The notes: generated from the letters alone by a model not told the origin. Shown: positions 37,769 through 48,635, counted from the stretch's first letter. The stretch is DNA of 59,543 nucleotides from Candidatus Brocadiaceae bacterium (GCA_963805825.1 CAWDVO010000027.1:1-59543); one strand, 5' to 3'. A program made the numbers and translations.

Positions 37769-38419
37769 GTGAGACTCGTCTTCCTCGGACCTCCCGGCGC
37801 GGGCAAGGGCACGCAGGCGGACCGCATAGCGGGCCGCTACGAGCTGGCCCATGCCAGCACGGGCGACATCTTCCGCAAGGCCATCGCGGAGGGCGCCGAG
37901 CTGGGCCGCACCGTGAAGGACTACCTGGACGGCGGCAAGCTGGTGCCGGACGAGCTGACCTCGCGCGTCGTCGAGGAGATGGTCATCGACAAGGAGCAGA
38001 GCTACCTGCTGGACGGCTATCCGCGCACGCTCGGGCAGGCCAGGGACCTGGCCGCCATGCTGCAGAAGCGCGGGCAGGTGCTCGACTGCGTCGTCTACTT
38101 CGGCCTGGACGACGAGGCGGCCGTCAAGCGCCTGACCGGCCGGATGGTCTGCAGCCAGTGCGGCGCCAACTACCATCGCGACTTCATGCCGCCGAAGGTT
38201 GAGGGCAAGTGCGACCAGTGCGGCGGCGCCCTGAAGGTGCGCAGCGACAGCGCCGAGGACGTCGTGCGCCGGCGCCTGGCCGAGTACCATGAGAAGACCC
38301 AGCCGCTCGTCAAGTTCTACGAGGAACTGGGGCTGCTGAAGCGCGTGGACGCCTCGGCGGCTCCCGACGAGGTGACGCGCGCCACGGAGGCCGTTCTGGA
38401 CCAGTGCGCCGCCGGCTGA
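37769..38419 (+). CDS. adk: adenylate kinase (zinc-lid type)
   Basis: MRLVFLGPPGAGKGTQA P-loop. CSQCGANYH...CDQCGG lid. Confidence 0.95.
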   Translation: MRLVFLGPPGAGKGTQADRIAGRYELAHASTGDIFRKAIAEGAELGRTVKDYLDGGKLVPDELTSRVVEEMVIDKEQSYLLDGYPRTLGQARDLAAMLQKRGQVLDCVVYFGLDDEAAVKRLTGRMVCSQCGANYHRDFMPPKVEGKCDQCGGALKVRSDSAEDVVRRRLAEYHEKTQPLVKFYEELGLLKRVDASAAPDEVTRATEAVLDQCAAG

Positions 38420-38449
38420 CACCCCGCACACAGGCCGCAAGGAGCAGGC

Positions 38450-39211
38450 ATGGGCGGGATCGAGCGCAAGACGCCGGTGGAGCTGGCCAGGATGCGGCAG
38501 GCAGGCCGGCTGGTGGCGGGGGCGCTGAAGTTGCTCAGTGACATTGCGGAGCCGGGCCTGACGACGGAGCAGCTCGACCGCGCGGCCGGCGATTACATAC
38601 TTAAGCGCGACGGGATACCCGCCTTCAAGGGCTACAGGGGCTTCCCGTGCAACATATGCGCCAGCGTCAATGAAGAGATAGTTCACGGCATTCCCGGCCC
38701 GCGCAAGCTGCGGGAAGGGGACCTGCTGAAGATCGACATCGGCGCCATCTGGGAGGGCTACTACGGCGACGCCGCCGTGACGGTGCCCATCGGAGAGGTG
38801 TCCGACGAGGCGCGGGAGCTGATGCAGCTCACGCGCGAGTCGCTGAACGTGGGCATTGCGGCCATCCGGGCCGGCGCCCGCATAAGCGACGTGGCCCGAC
38901 CCATCCAGCAGATGGTGGAGAAGAAGGGCTACAGCGTCGTGCGCGACTACTCGGGGCACGGCATAGGCCGGGCGCTGCACGAGGACCCGCGCGTGCCCAA
39001 CTACGTGGAGCGCCGCGTGCTGGGCCGCGACCCGGTGCTGCCGGAAGGGGCCGTGATCGCCCTGGAGCCGATGGTCAACGCCGGACGGCCGCAGACGGAG
39101 CTTTTGGACAACGGCTGGACGGTGGTGACGCGTGATCGCAAGCTCTCGGCGCACTTCGAGCACACGGTGGCGGTGGGCGCCGACGGGCCGGTGATACTGA
39201 CGTTGCCGTAA
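38450..39211 (+). CDS. map: type I methionine aminopeptidase
   Basis: 253 aa. Pita-bread fold motifs ([47 protein letters not shown]). Confidence 0.95.
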   Translation: MGGIERKTPVELARMRQAGRLVAGALKLLSDIAEPGLTTEQLDRAAGDYILKRDGIPAFKGYRGFPCNICASVNEEIVHGIPGPRKLREGDLLKIDIGAIWEGYYGDAAVTVPIGEVSDEARELMQLTRESLNVGIAAIRAGARISDVARPIQQMVEKKGYSVVRDYSGHGIGRALHEDPRVPNYVERRVLGRDPVLPEGAVIALEPMVNAGRPQTELLDNGWTVVTRDRKLSAHFEHTVAVGADGPVILTLP

Positions 39212-39266
39212 GGTGTTTGCAGACCAGCCTATGGGCTGCTATAATTGGAGTGTTTGGGCTTACGAA

Positions 39267-39482
39267 ATGGCAAAAGAAGAACCGATCCGCATACAGGGCA
39301 GGGTGACCGAGGCGTTGCCGAACGCCATGTTCCGCGTGGAACTGGAGGACGGCCACGAGATCCTGGCCCACGTCTCCGGCAAGATGCGCATGAGATTCAT
39401 CCGCATCCTGCCCGGGGACACGGTGACTTTGGAGTTGTCCCCCTACGACTTGACGAAGGGCCGCATCGTCTGGCGCGACTGA
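39267..39482 (+). CDS. infA: translation initiation factor IF-1
   Basis: [51 protein letters not shown] (S1-like OB fold). The upstream 18 codons of the listed ORF are probably not translated. Confidence 0.9.
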   Translation: MAKEEPIRIQGRVTEALPNAMFRVELEDGHEILAHVSGKMRMRFIRILPGDTVTLELSPYDLTKGRIVWRD

Positions 39483-39517
39483 AGGGAGCGCCGGGGGATG
39501 GCGGTAGAGGTAGAGCG

Positions 39518-39631
39518 ATGAAAGTGCGAGCCGCCGTGAAGAGGATGTGCGAGGACTGCAAAATCGTGCGCCGCAAGGGCGTGCTGAGGGTTGTCTGTCG
39601 CAACCCCAAGCACAAGCAGCGCCAGGGCTGA
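39518..39631 (+). CDS. rpmJ: 50S ribosomal protein L36
   Basis: [37 protein letters not shown] (37 aa, Zn ribbon). GAGG RBS. Confidence 0.95.
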   Translation: MKVRAAVKRMCEDCKIVRRKGVLRVVCRNPKHKQRQG

Positions 39632-39664
39632 TGCCATATAGAGCAGCGAGGAGGACGCCATAAC

Positions 39665-40051
39665 ATGCCGCGCGTTGTCGGTGTCGACATACCGAACGAG
39701 AAGCGAACGGTCATCGCGTTGACCTACATCCACGGGATCGGCCGGACCTCCGCCGAGGGCATCTGCGAGATCCTGGCCATCGACCCGGAGAAGCGGGCCC
39801 ACGAGCTGACCGAGGACGAGCTGAGCCGCATCGCCAGCTATATCGACAAGAACTTCCTCATCGAGGGCGAGCTGAAGCGGCTGGAGGCGGCCAACATCAC
39901 CCGCCTGCGCCAGATCAACTGCTACCGCGGCGTGCGCCACCGCCGCGGGCTGCCCGTGCGCGGACAGCGCACGCGCACCAACGCCCGCACCCGCAAGGGT
40001 AAGAAGCGGACCGTTGCCGGCAAGAAGGGCGTCAAGGAACTCGGCCACTAA
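39665..40051 (+). CDS. rpsM: 30S ribosomal protein S13
   Basis: [32 protein letters not shown]13 consensus. Confidence 0.95.
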   Translation: MPRVVGVDIPNEKRTVIALTYIHGIGRTSAEGICEILAIDPEKRAHELTEDELSRIASYIDKNFLIEGELKRLEAANITRLRQINCYRGVRHRRGLPVRGQRTRTNARTRKGKKRTVAGKKGVKELGH

Positions 40052-40073
40052 GCCGTAGCCGCCCCGAACGGAA

Positions 40074-40898
40074 TTGACGAACGAAGACGGACTGCTCAGC
40101 TTTCTGGAGAGCAAGCCCGACCTGCTCAAGGCGATCGAGCTGCTCGGCCCTCGTGGCCAGAGCGACACGCGCCGGTCCAAGAAGCTGCAGGAGGTGGCGG
40201 GCTTCGGCGAGGTGATCCGCCGCTACGTGCGCCAGGTGCTGGCGAAGAAGGACGCGATCCGGCTGGCCGACTTCTCATGCGGCAAGAGTTACCTGGGCAT
40301 CGCCATGGCGCTGGCGCTGCCGGCCCTGGAAGGCAAGCGGGTGGCGCTGGTGGGCGTGGACGTGAACGCGGGCCTGATCGAGAAGTGCCGCCGCGTGGCG
40401 CAGGAGGCCGGTTTGGCGGACGCGCGCTTCGAGGCCGGGCGCACGATGGCGTTCGAGAGCGACGAGCACTTTGACGTGGTCGTCGCCCTGCACGCGTGCG
40501 ACACGGCCACGGACGAGGCGATCGCGAAGGGCATCCAGTTGGGCGCGGAGCTGATCCTGGCCGTCCCGTGCTGCCAGAACCAGATACGCGGCCAGATAAC
40601 GGACGGCCACGGGCTGACGGCCATGACGGAGTTCGGGCCGATCCGCTACCGGCTGGCCAACATGCTGACCGACGCGCTGCGGGCGCAGTTTCTGCGCAGC
40701 GCGGGCTATTTCGTCGAGCTGACGGAGATCGGCTCGCCGCGCCTGACGCCGAAGAACCTGTGCATCTGCGCGCGCAAGGTGAAGCGCAGCAGCGCACGGC
40801 GGCGCGACGAGGGCTACCGGGCGTTGAAGAGGTTTTTTGACGTCAAGCCCAAGGTGGAGCAGTTCTGCCCGGGCATAATCGAAGACGAGAGCGACTGA
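40074..40898 (+). CDS. class I SAM-dependent methyltransferase (unknown specificity) inserted between rpsM and rpsK; start codon uncertain (TTG at 40074)
   Basis: Rossmann-type motifs: [11 protein letters not shown] (motif I-like), VGVDVN, and [13 protein letters not shown]. 274 aa. Confidence 0.55.
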   Translation: MTNEDGLLSFLESKPDLLKAIELLGPRGQSDTRRSKKLQEVAGFGEVIRRYVRQVLAKKDAIRLADFSCGKSYLGIAMALALPALEGKRVALVGVDVNAGLIEKCRRVAQEAGLADARFEAGRTMAFESDEHFDVVVALHACDTATDEAIAKGIQLGAELILAVPCCQNQIRGQITDGHGLTAMTEFGPIRYRLANMLTDALRAQFLRSAGYFVELTEIGSPRLTPKNLCICARKVKRSSARRRDEGYRALKRFFDVKPKVEQFCPGIIEDESD

Positions 40899-40945
40899 GG
40901 CGCGGCGCCAGGCCGAGCCGAGTGGATTTAGGAGAGAGCGACAGG

Positions 40946-41323
40946 ATGGCGAAGAAGAAGGTTACGACACGGCGGGTGGGCTCCCGGGCGATCGCCCACA
41001 TACAGGCGACCTTCAACAACACCCGCATCAGCATTACGGACCTGAAGGGGGACGTGCTCTGCTTCGACACGGCGGGCTCCTGCGGGTTCAAGAACACCCG
41101 TAAGAGCACGCCGTTCGCCGCGCAGCGCACGGCGGAGCGGATTGCCGACAAGGCCAAGCGCATGGGCATCACGGAGCTGGAGGTGAAGGTCAAGGGCCCC
41201 GGCTCCGGCCGTGAGGCGGCCGTCACCGCCCTTGAGGCCGCCGGCCTGAACATACAGTCCATCGAGGACGTCACGCCCCTGCCGCACAACGGCTGCCGTC
41301 CGCCCAAGCGGCGGCGCGTCTAA
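40946..41323 (+). CDS. rpsK: 30S ribosomal protein S11
   Basis: [33 protein letters not shown]11 consensus. AGGAGAG RBS. Confidence 0.95.
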   Translation: MAKKKVTTRRVGSRAIAHIQATFNNTRISITDLKGDVLCFDTAGSCGFKNTRKSTPFAAQRTAERIADKAKRMGITELEVKVKGPGSGREAAVTALEAAGLNIQSIEDVTPLPHNGCRPPKRRRV

Positions 41324-41375
41324 GGGCCACCCGAGAAGAGCCACACGAGAACACCACCAGGAAGCTGAAGAGAAT

Positions 41376-41999
41376 ATGGCCAGGTATCACGGACCAAAAT
41401 GCAGGCTCTGCCGGCGCGAAGGGCTGAAGCTCTTCCTGAAGGGCATCAAGTGCAACACCGCCAAGTGCCCCATTGAGAAGCGCAGCAAGCCGCCGGGAAT
41501 GCACGGCTGGCACCGCGGGCGCCCCAGTGACTACGGCATCCGCCTGCGCGAGAAGCAGAAGTTGAAGAGGTATTACGGCGTGCTGGAGCAGCAGTTCCGC
41601 CGCTACTTCGAGAAGGCCCGCAAGCGCGTCGGCAACACCGGCGAGAGCCTGCTGGTCATGCTGGAGCGGCGGCTGGACAACGCGCTGACGGTCAGCGGGT
41701 TCTGCGTCTCCCGCGCCCAGGCGCGCCAGCTCGTTGCGCACGGCCACATCCAGGTGAACGGCCGCAAGGTCGACGTGCCCAACTACCAGGTGAGGGAAGG
41801 CGACGTGATCCGGCCCGAGCCGGTCGACAGCATCCTGGAGGAGGTGCGCCTGCACCGCGAGGAGACCGCCCACCCCCAGCCGTCCTGGCTGGAGGTCAAC
41901 GAGGCGGACCTGACGGCCCGCGTCATCCGCATGCCCGTTCGGGAAGACATCTCGGTCGAGGTCGAAGAGGGCCTGGTCGTCGAACTCTGCTCCCGGTAA
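41376..41999 (+). CDS. rpsD: 30S ribosomal protein S4 (zinc-finger type)
   Basis: MARYHGPKCRLCRREGLKLFLKGIKCNTAKC... S4 consensus. Confidence 0.95.
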   Translation: MARYHGPKCRLCRREGLKLFLKGIKCNTAKCPIEKRSKPPGMHGWHRGRPSDYGIRLREKQKLKRYYGVLEQQFRRYFEKARKRVGNTGESLLVMLERRLDNALTVSGFCVSRAQARQLVAHGHIQVNGRKVDVPNYQVREGDVIRPEPVDSILEEVRLHREETAHPQPSWLEVNEADLTARVIRMPVREDISVEVEEGLVVELCSR

Positions 42000-42045
42000 G
42001 GGAGTGCCCTTGCCCTATCTTCTGAGAACCACTGGAGATACATAG

Positions 42046-43053
42046 ATGGCTATGCGAGTGAGATGGCGGGGGCTGGAACTGCCCGTCCAGGTGCGGGTCA
42101 ACCGGGACACGCTGACGGACACCTATGGCGAGTTCATCGCCGAGCCCTTCGAGCGCGGCTTCGGCCACAGCATCGGCAACAGCCTGCGCCGCGTGCTGCT
42201 GTCCTCCATCGAGGGCTCCGCCGTCGTGGCCGTGAAGATCCAGGGCGTCCAGCAGGAACTCAGCGCCGTCGACGGCGTGCTGGAGGACGTGCCCGAGATC
42301 GTGCTGAACATCAAGGAACTCGTCCTGCGCCTGCACCCCGACGAGGAGAAGCACCTGCGTATCGAGGCCAGTGAGCCCGGCCCGGTCACGGCCGCCAATA
42401 TCGTGCCCGACCCGGACGTGGATGTCGTGCGCCCGGAGCAGGTCATCTGCACCCTCACGGACAAGACCGATTTCGTCTGCGACCTGGTCGTCCGCAAGGG
42501 CAGGGGCTACGTGCCCAGCGAGGAGCTGGAGGGCCTGCCGACCGAGATCGGCACCATCCCCGTGGACGCCCTCTTCTCGCCCGTGCAGCGCGTCAGCTAC
42601 CGCGTGGAGGACACGCGCGTCGGCCGCAAGACGAACTACGACCGGCTGATCATGCAGGTCTACACCAACGGCGTGGTCGGGCCGGAGATGGCGCTGGTCG
42701 AGGCGTCCAAGATCATGCGCAAGCACCTGAACCCGTTCGTCGAGTACTTCGAGCTGGGTCGCCAGCTCCCGCAGGAGGAGCCGGAGCCCCTGGCCGAGAT
42801 GAAGCACCTGGGCGGGGCGGAGATACCGGAGTCGAAGCTTTCGATGCCGCTCTCGGCCCTCGGGCTGAGCACCCGCGCGGCCCACTGCCTGGAGTCCGAA
42901 GGCATCCACACCGTCAAGGAGCTGCTCCAGAAGAGCGAGAGGGAGCTGCTTAGCATGCGCAACTTCGGCCAGGTCTCGCTGGACGAGGTGGCCGAGGAGC
43001 TGAAGAAGCACGGTTTGGAGGTCGGGCTGCTGGCCCCCGCAGAGGAGGCCTGA
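42046..43053 (+). CDS. rpoA: DNA-directed RNA polymerase alpha subunit
   Basis: 335 aa. N-terminal domain FIAEPFERGFGHSIGNSLRRVLLSSIEGSAV and a C-terminal HhH domain. Confidence 0.95.
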   Translation: MAMRVRWRGLELPVQVRVNRDTLTDTYGEFIAEPFERGFGHSIGNSLRRVLLSSIEGSAVVAVKIQGVQQELSAVDGVLEDVPEIVLNIKELVLRLHPDEEKHLRIEASEPGPVTAANIVPDPDVDVVRPEQVICTLTDKTDFVCDLVVRKGRGYVPSEELEGLPTEIGTIPVDALFSPVQRVSYRVEDTRVGRKTNYDRLIMQVYTNGVVGPEMALVEASKIMRKHLNPFVEYFELGRQLPQEEPEPLAEMKHLGGAEIPESKLSMPLSALGLSTRAAHCLESEGIHTVKELLQKSERELLSMRNFGQVSLDEVAEELKKHGLEVGLLAPAEEA

Positions 43054-43107
43054 GGCGGCGCGCCGCGCTCAAGCAAGAACCCCATTTTGCCAACGAAGTG
43101 AGCTATC

Positions 43108-43713
43108 ATGAGGCACAGGAAGAAAGGTCGTAAGCTCAGCAGGGGCGCCACCCACCGCCAGGCGATGAGCCGCAACCTGGCCTGCGCGCTGCTGATGCGC
43201 GAGCGCGTCGTGACCACCCCGGCCAAGGCCAAGCAGGTCCGCCCCTTCGTCGAGCGGCTCATCACGCTGGCCCGCCGCGCCCTGCCGTTCAAGGACGGCG
43301 ACAAGGCCGCTCGCGCCCGCTACGTGCACTACTACCGCCTGGCCCTCCAGCGCCTTCAGGACAAGGAAGCCGTCCAGAAGCTGTTCGGAGAGGGCGATTG
43401 GCGCGAGGGGGAGTCCCTGGCCCAGCGTTACGCGGACCGCGACGGCGGCTACACCCGCATCATACGCCTAAGCGGCAGCCGGCTCGGCGTGCCGATCGGC
43501 GACGCCGTCAGCGCCGTGCCCGTCCTGGACTACCAGATGGCCGGCGTCGAGCGTACGCTGCGCCTGACCGGCAACCGCCTGGGCGACAACGCCCCGCAGG
43601 TCATCTTCGAGCTGGTCGAGAAGGCCGGTGCCGTCGAGGAAGGGGAGGAGGTCGCCCCGACCGTCTCCGTCTCCGAGCCGGCCGCCAAGGCCGAGCAGGA
43701 GGCCGACGAGTAA
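43108..43713 (+). CDS. rplQ: 50S ribosomal protein L17 (with C-terminal extension)
   Basis: MRHRKKGRKLSRGATHRQAMSRNLACALLMRERVVTTPAKAK L17 consensus. Confidence 0.95.
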   Translation: MRHRKKGRKLSRGATHRQAMSRNLACALLMRERVVTTPAKAKQVRPFVERLITLARRALPFKDGDKAARARYVHYYRLALQRLQDKEAVQKLFGEGDWREGESLAQRYADRDGGYTRIIRLSGSRLGVPIGDAVSAVPVLDYQMAGVERTLRLTGNRLGDNAPQVIFELVEKAGAVEEGEEVAPTVSVSEPAAKAEQEADE

Positions 43714-43727
43714 GGGCCGTGCCAACG

Positions 43728-43768
43728 AGAAAGAAAAGGGCGGACCCATCGCGGGCCCGCCCTTATTA
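43728..43768. terminator. bidirectional rho-independent terminator between rplQ (+) and trxA (-)
   Basis: Hairpin GGGCGGACCCATCGCGGGCCCGCCC flanked by AAAGAAAAG on one side and TTATTA on the other. On the minus strand it reads hairpin + TTTTCTTTCT. Confidence 0.6.
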
Positions 43769-43789
43769 CGTACGTCCTGTGCGCCGTGC

Positions 43790-44125
43790 CTACGCGGCGG
43801 CAACCTGGTCGATGGCCTTCTGGTACTGGCCCTTCGGCTGCACGCCGATCATCCGCAGGTCCTGGACCTCCTTGCCGCCCTTGAAGAACAGGACGCTCGG
43901 GATGGCCGTGATGCCGTACTTGCTGGCGGTCTGCGGGTTGTCGTCCACGTTGAGCTTGTAGACCTTGATGGCGCCGGCGTTGCCGGAGGCCAGCTCCTCG
44001 ATGACGGGGCCCACCATGCGGCAGGGGCCGCACCAGGGCGCCCACATGTCCACCATGACGGGCACGTCCGCCTTCAGCACCTGTTCCTCGAACTCCTGAT
44101 CCGACACATCGGGTACGTTCGACAT
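43790..44125 (-). CDS. trxA: thioredoxin
   Basis: 111 aa. WAPWCGPCR active site. The listed 232-aa ORF over-extends 5' into another gene's frame. Confidence 0.95.
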   Translation of the reverse strand: MSNVPDVSDQEFEEQVLKADVPVMVDMWAPWCGPCRMVGPVIEELASGNAGAIKVYKLNVDDNPQTASKYGITAIPSVLFFKGGKEVQDLRMIGVQPKGQYQKAIDQVAAA

Positions 44126-44160
44126 GGGGCCGTCCTTTCGGGATTGCTCGCAAGGGCCGT

Positions 44161-44708
44161 CTATGAGGCCGGCAGGTTGTCCCTGAGGTACGTCGTCTTC
44201 GCGATCAAGTTCTCCATCAGGCTCTTCGCGCCGCGCTCGTCGCCCTTGGGCTTGATCCAGGGGTGCTCCTGGCTGTAGACGTCGGTCACCTGGGTGGCGT
44301 CGTAGGGCGTGATCGTGATGCTGTTGTTGGCGGTCTGAAGCTCCGTCAGCAGGGACTCTGCGGCCGCGCGGGCCTGGGCAGTACTGGCCGGCGTCGGCCA
44401 TCTGGCGCACGTGAGCGAACTTCTCCAGCAGGGGCTGGAACATGTCGGGCTTCTCAGCCAGCACCTTCTCCATGCGGTGCTGGTACATCGTAGCCCGCGA
44501 AGATGCACAGGCCTACGGCCAGCATGATGCCGATGTAGAGGCCGCCGGTGTAGATCTCCTTGTGCTTGGCCTTGCCCCTGGCGCGCTTCACCTGCGCCTC
44601 GAAGCTCTCGCCGCTCTTCAGGTTCACGCCGCAGTGGGGGCACTTGATCTCCCCGACCGTGACCATTCCGTGACAGCTCGGACACTCCAGTGTCTGCTCT
44701 TTGCCCAT
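44161..44708 (-). CDS. hypothetical membrane-anchored zinc-ribbon protein with two apparent frameshifts (~44490, ~44395)
   Basis: Three in-frame segments: MGKEQTLECPSCHGMVTVGEIKCPHCGVNLKSGE...TM helix GLYIGIMLAVGLCIFAGY; MYQHRMEKVLAEKPDMFQPLLEKFAHVRQMADAGQY; TAQARAAAESLLTELQTANNSITITPYDATQVTDVYSQEHPWIKPKGDERGAKSLMENLIAKTTYLRDNLPAS. Confidence 0.5.
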
Positions 44709-44879
44709 GGCTTCGCCTCGCATGTCCAGAGTCCCAGGACCCTGCGTCTACCATCTATATTCTATCCAAGGGGGTGGCAGTGTCAAACGCACGGTGCCTC
44801 GGTCCGAGCCGTTGCGGCCGGCCGGCCGGTTCTGGTATCGTGGCCGCGATGGACCGAGATGCAGCCTGACCGTGCAGCC

Positions 44880-46054
44880 TCCCTCCGCCGCGACCTGGCC
44901 GCCCTGTGCCGGCGTGACGGCCGGACGCGGTGCGCATCGTCCGCAGCCCCTACAGGGTCTGCCCGCTCGGAGCGCACGTGGACCACCAGGAGCGGCTGCG
45001 TCACCGGCATGGCGCTGGACCGGGCACTGCTGCTGGCGTTCGCGCCGCGCTCGGACGGCGTGGTGGCGCTCCACAGCCGGCAGTTCCCGGGCAAGGTCGA
45101 GTTCCGCCTGGACGGTGTGCCCCCGACGCCGGCCGGCGACTGGGCGGATTACGCCCGCGGGGCGGCTGTCGCGCTGCGGCGCCGCGGGGGCCTGGAGCGC
45201 GGCATGACGGCCCTCGTGGACGGCTACGACAACGTCGGCGGCCTCAGCTCGTCGGCCGCCGTCGGCGTGGCCTACCTGCTCGCCCTGGAGGCCGTCAACG
45301 GCCTGCGGGCCGGTCCGGAGGAGAACATCGAACTCGACCGCCACATCGAGAACGACTACATCGGCCTGCGCAACGGCATCCTCGACCAGTCGACCATCCT
45401 GCTCAGCCGACGCCGGCAACTCATGCACCTGGACTGCCGGGACGGCTCCTGGAGCCTGGTGCCGTTCGGCGGCGGGGACTTCGTCGTAGCCGTGCTCTTC
45501 AGCGGGCTGCGCACGCCGCTCGCACAGACGGACTACAACCGCCGCGTCGGCGAGTGCCGGCGCGGCGACGGAGCTGCTCCTGCAGGCGGCGGGCCTGCCC
45601 GTTCCGGACCCGCCCGTGCTGCGCGGCGTGCCGGAGGACGTCTTCGAGCGCTACGGCGCCTCCCTGCCTGCCCGAGCTGCGCCGGCGGGCGGCCCACTTC
45701 TTCGGCGAGCAGGAGCGCGTGCGGCGCGGTCTGGAACTGTGGCGGGCGGGGGACATGGCCGGCTTCGGCCGCCTGGTCACCGAGTCCGGCCGCAGCTCGG
45801 TCGAGAACTACGAGTGCGGGAACCCCTACCTGCGCAGCGCCTTCGACGCGCTGCGCGACTGCCCGGGCGTCTACGGCGCACGGTTCAGCGGCGCCGGGTT
45901 CCGGGGCTGCTGCATCGGCCTGGCCGAGCCCGGGCGCTGAGCGGAGATAGCGGAGAGGGCGCTGCGGGCCTACCTGCGCGCCCACCCGGACATGGAAGGG
46001 CGGGCGGAGGTCTACTTCTGCAGGTCGGCGGACGGCGCCGGCCTCGTCGAGTGA
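44880..46054 (+). pseudogene. galactokinase-like GHMP kinase, disrupted by >=4 frameshifts and one in-frame TGA (45938-45940)
   Basis: GHMP motifs are spread over three frames: RSPYRVCPLGAHVDHQ (PGRVNLIGEHTDY-like), GLSSSAAVGVAYLLAL, and the C-terminal GARFSGAGFRGCCIGLAEPGR*AEIAERALRAYL...YFCRSADGAGLVE. Confidence 0.6.
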
Positions 46055-46067
46055 GGACGGCGGGCGG

Positions 46068-47219
46068 ATGAGGTGGCTCAGGTCGATGATGGGGGACGTG
46101 AACCTGCGGCGGGTGCCGTGGTACCTGCTGCTGGGGGCGCTCGCCCTGACGGCCGTGGGGGCCATGTTCATCTGGAGCGCGCAACTCCGCCTCCTTCGCC
46201 GCAAGCACCTGGTCTTCGCCGCCATCGGCTGCGCGGCGTTCGTCGCGGTCGCGCTGTTCGACTACCGCCGCCTTGCCGGCGCCACGCTGCCGCTCTACGT
46301 GCTCGGCCTCATCTCGTTGCTCGGTCTGCTCACGCCGCTCGCGCACGAGGCGAACAACGCCCGGCGCTGGTACGACCTCGGCTTCCTGATGGCCCAGCCC
46401 TCGGAGGTGGTCAAGCTCATCCTCGTCGTCGTGCTGGCGGACTACTTCCGCTTCTCGCACCGGCTCGACCGCCTGCGCGACCTCGTCCTGCCGCTCGGCC
46501 TGACGGGCGTGCCGATGGCCCTTATCGCCAAGGAGCCGGACCTCGGCACCTCCCTCATCTTCATGCCCGTCTTCTTCGCGATGGCCTTCCTGGCTGGCGC
46601 GCGCGTGCGGAACCTGGCCCTCATCGTGGTGGCCGGTTGCGTGCTTGCGGCGGCGGCATGGTTCTCGCCGGTGGGGGGCCTGAAGGACTACCAGAAGCAG
46701 CGCGTGCTCGCCTTCCTGGACCCCTCCGCCAGTCAGACGAAGGGGCAGGTCGAGACCCCGGCGGCCTACAACTCCCGCCAGGCAATGAACGCCATCATGT
46801 CCGGCGGCCTGGAGGGGCAGGGCTGGGGCAAGGGCATGCTGAACCGCCTCAAGCGCGTGCCCGAGCGGCACACGGACTTCATCTTCCCCGTCATCGCCGA
46901 GGAGTGGGGCTTCGCTCGCACGGCGCCCTTCATCGCCTGCTACCTGGTGATAGCGGCCATCCTGGCCGTGCTGGCGGCGCTGGAGCGGGACCCGTTCGGC
47001 CGGCTAATCATCGGCGGCATCATGGTGCTGTTCGCCTTCCAGGGCCTGCTGCACATGGCCATCTCCCTGCGGCTGACGCCCATCACCGGCCTGACGCTGC
47101 CGCTGGTCAGCTACGGCGGCTCCTCGCTGGTCAGCACGTTCGCCGCGTTCGGCCTGGTCGCCAGCGTGCGGATGCACGAGCCGGACGACCTGTTCCTGGA
47201 CGCCGCGAGCGCGCGTTGA
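46068..47219 (+). CDS. SEDS-family peptidoglycan glycosyltransferase (FtsW/RodA/SpoVE)
   Basis: 383 aa. Multi-TM protein with a PSEVVKLILVVVLADYF-type motif and C-terminal GGSSLVSTF. Confidence 0.85.
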   Translation: MRWLRSMMGDVNLRRVPWYLLLGALALTAVGAMFIWSAQLRLLRRKHLVFAAIGCAAFVAVALFDYRRLAGATLPLYVLGLISLLGLLTPLAHEANNARRWYDLGFLMAQPSEVVKLILVVVLADYFRFSHRLDRLRDLVLPLGLTGVPMALIAKEPDLGTSLIFMPVFFAMAFLAGARVRNLALIVVAGCVLAAAAWFSPVGGLKDYQKQRVLAFLDPSASQTKGQVETPAAYNSRQAMNAIMSGGLEGQGWGKGMLNRLKRVPERHTDFIFPVIAEEWGFARTAPFIACYLVIAAILAVLAALERDPFGRLIIGGIMVLFAFQGLLHMAISLRLTPITGLTLPLVSYGGSSLVSTFAAFGLVASVRMHEPDDLFLDAASAR

Positions 47220-47298
47220 AAGGGCGGCCCGGCCGCTCTACAATAGCCTATCGCGCCGCTCCGGCGCGTTCCGCCATCGCAACCCGTGGAGAGAGACC

Positions 47299-48635
47299 AT
47301 GCTGCAGCGCATTATCCTGCCCCAGCTCGGCCAGACGATGGAAGAAGGCACCATCGAGAAATGGCACAAGAAGGAGGGCGATCCCGTCAAGAAGGGCGAG
47401 ATACTCTACGACCTCGGCACCGACAAGGCCACGCTCGAGGTGGAGTCTTTCGCCGAGGGAACGCTCCGCAAGGTGCTGGCGGCCGATGGGGATACAGTGC
47501 CCGTCAACACGTTGATCGCCATCATCGGCGCGCCGGGCGAGGAGATCCCGGAGTCCATGCTGCAGGAAGGCGCCGCGCCCGCCCCGAAGGCCGCGGCGGC
47601 CGAGGAGCAGGCGCCGGAGGCTGCGGTCGCTGCGCCGGAGCCGGAGGTCGCGGCCGCACCGGGCGCACCGGCGGGACGGACGTTCGCCTCCCCGCGCGCG
47701 CGCAAGGTGGCCGATGAGCGCAAGGTGCCGGTCCGGGCGCTGCGCGGCAGCGGCCCGGGCGGCCGCATCGTCGAGCGCGACGTGGAGGCCTACCTGGAGA
47801 AGCTGTCGGCAGTGCCGCACACGCCTACGGCACGCGAGGTCGCCTTCGAGAAGGGTGTCAGCCTGCTGGACGTCGCCCGACGGGTGGGGGGGCGGCGGAT
47901 CGAGAAGGCGGACGTCGAGGCTGCGGCCGAGGCCGGTGTCGGGCAGGTGGCGGCGGCCGGTGAGCGCCTGGCGCTGTCGCACATGCGGCGCACCATCGCC
48001 GCGCGCATGACGCAGTCCAAGCAGACCGTCCCGCACTTCTACCTGGTGGGGGACGTGCTGATGGGGGCCGCCATGGCCTACGTGAAGGAGTTGAGCGCCG
48101 CGAGCGGCACCAAGGTCACGCTGACGCCGCTGCTGGTGAAGGCCGTCGGCGTGGCGCTGCGGCAGAACCCGCGCATGAACGCCCGCTTCGCCGGGGACGC
48201 CATCGTGCTGAACGCCGACTGCAACGTGGGCGTCGCCGTGGCGGTGGACGACGGCCTGTTCGTGCCGGTCGTCCGCCAGGCGGACGCCAAGGGGCTGACC
48301 GAGATCTCGTCCGAGCTGCGCTCGCTGGCGGAGGCGGCCCGCGAGGGCAGGCTGATCCCCGAGCAGGTACCGAGGGCGGCTCGATCACCATCAGCAACCT
48401 GGGCATGTTCGGCGTGCAGGCGTTCCTGCCCATCATCAACCCGCCGGAGAGCTGCATCATCGGCGTGGGGTCGGTGACCGAGCAGGCCATCGTGATGCAC
48501 GGCGGCATCCGCATCGAGCCGGTGATGACGGTCTCCGTGAGCGCCGACCACCGCGTGGCCGACGGCGTGGTGGCCGCGCAGTTCTTCAGCACGCTCAAGT
48601 CCGTGCTGGAGAAGCCGGAGGACCTGGGCGGCTGA
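47299..48635 (+). CDS. dihydrolipoamide acyltransferase E2 component (lipoyl domain + E3-binding + catalytic domain) with apparent frameshift near 48372
   Basis: Lipoyl motif EILYDLGTDKATLEVES. PSBD region ASPRARKVADERKV. Catalytic region SHMRRTIAARMTQSK...VPHFY...; the C-terminus TISNLGMFGVQAFLPIINPPESCIIGVGS...DHRVADG is in a shifted frame. Confidence 0.85.

Noticed and set aside
45938-45940. In-frame TGA in the GHMP kinase as selenocysteine or stop-codon recoding
   Set aside because: The position aligns to an ordinary residue in a non-redox region of galactokinases. No SECIS-like hairpin was noted, and the gene also has multiple frameshifts, so decay or error is far more likely.
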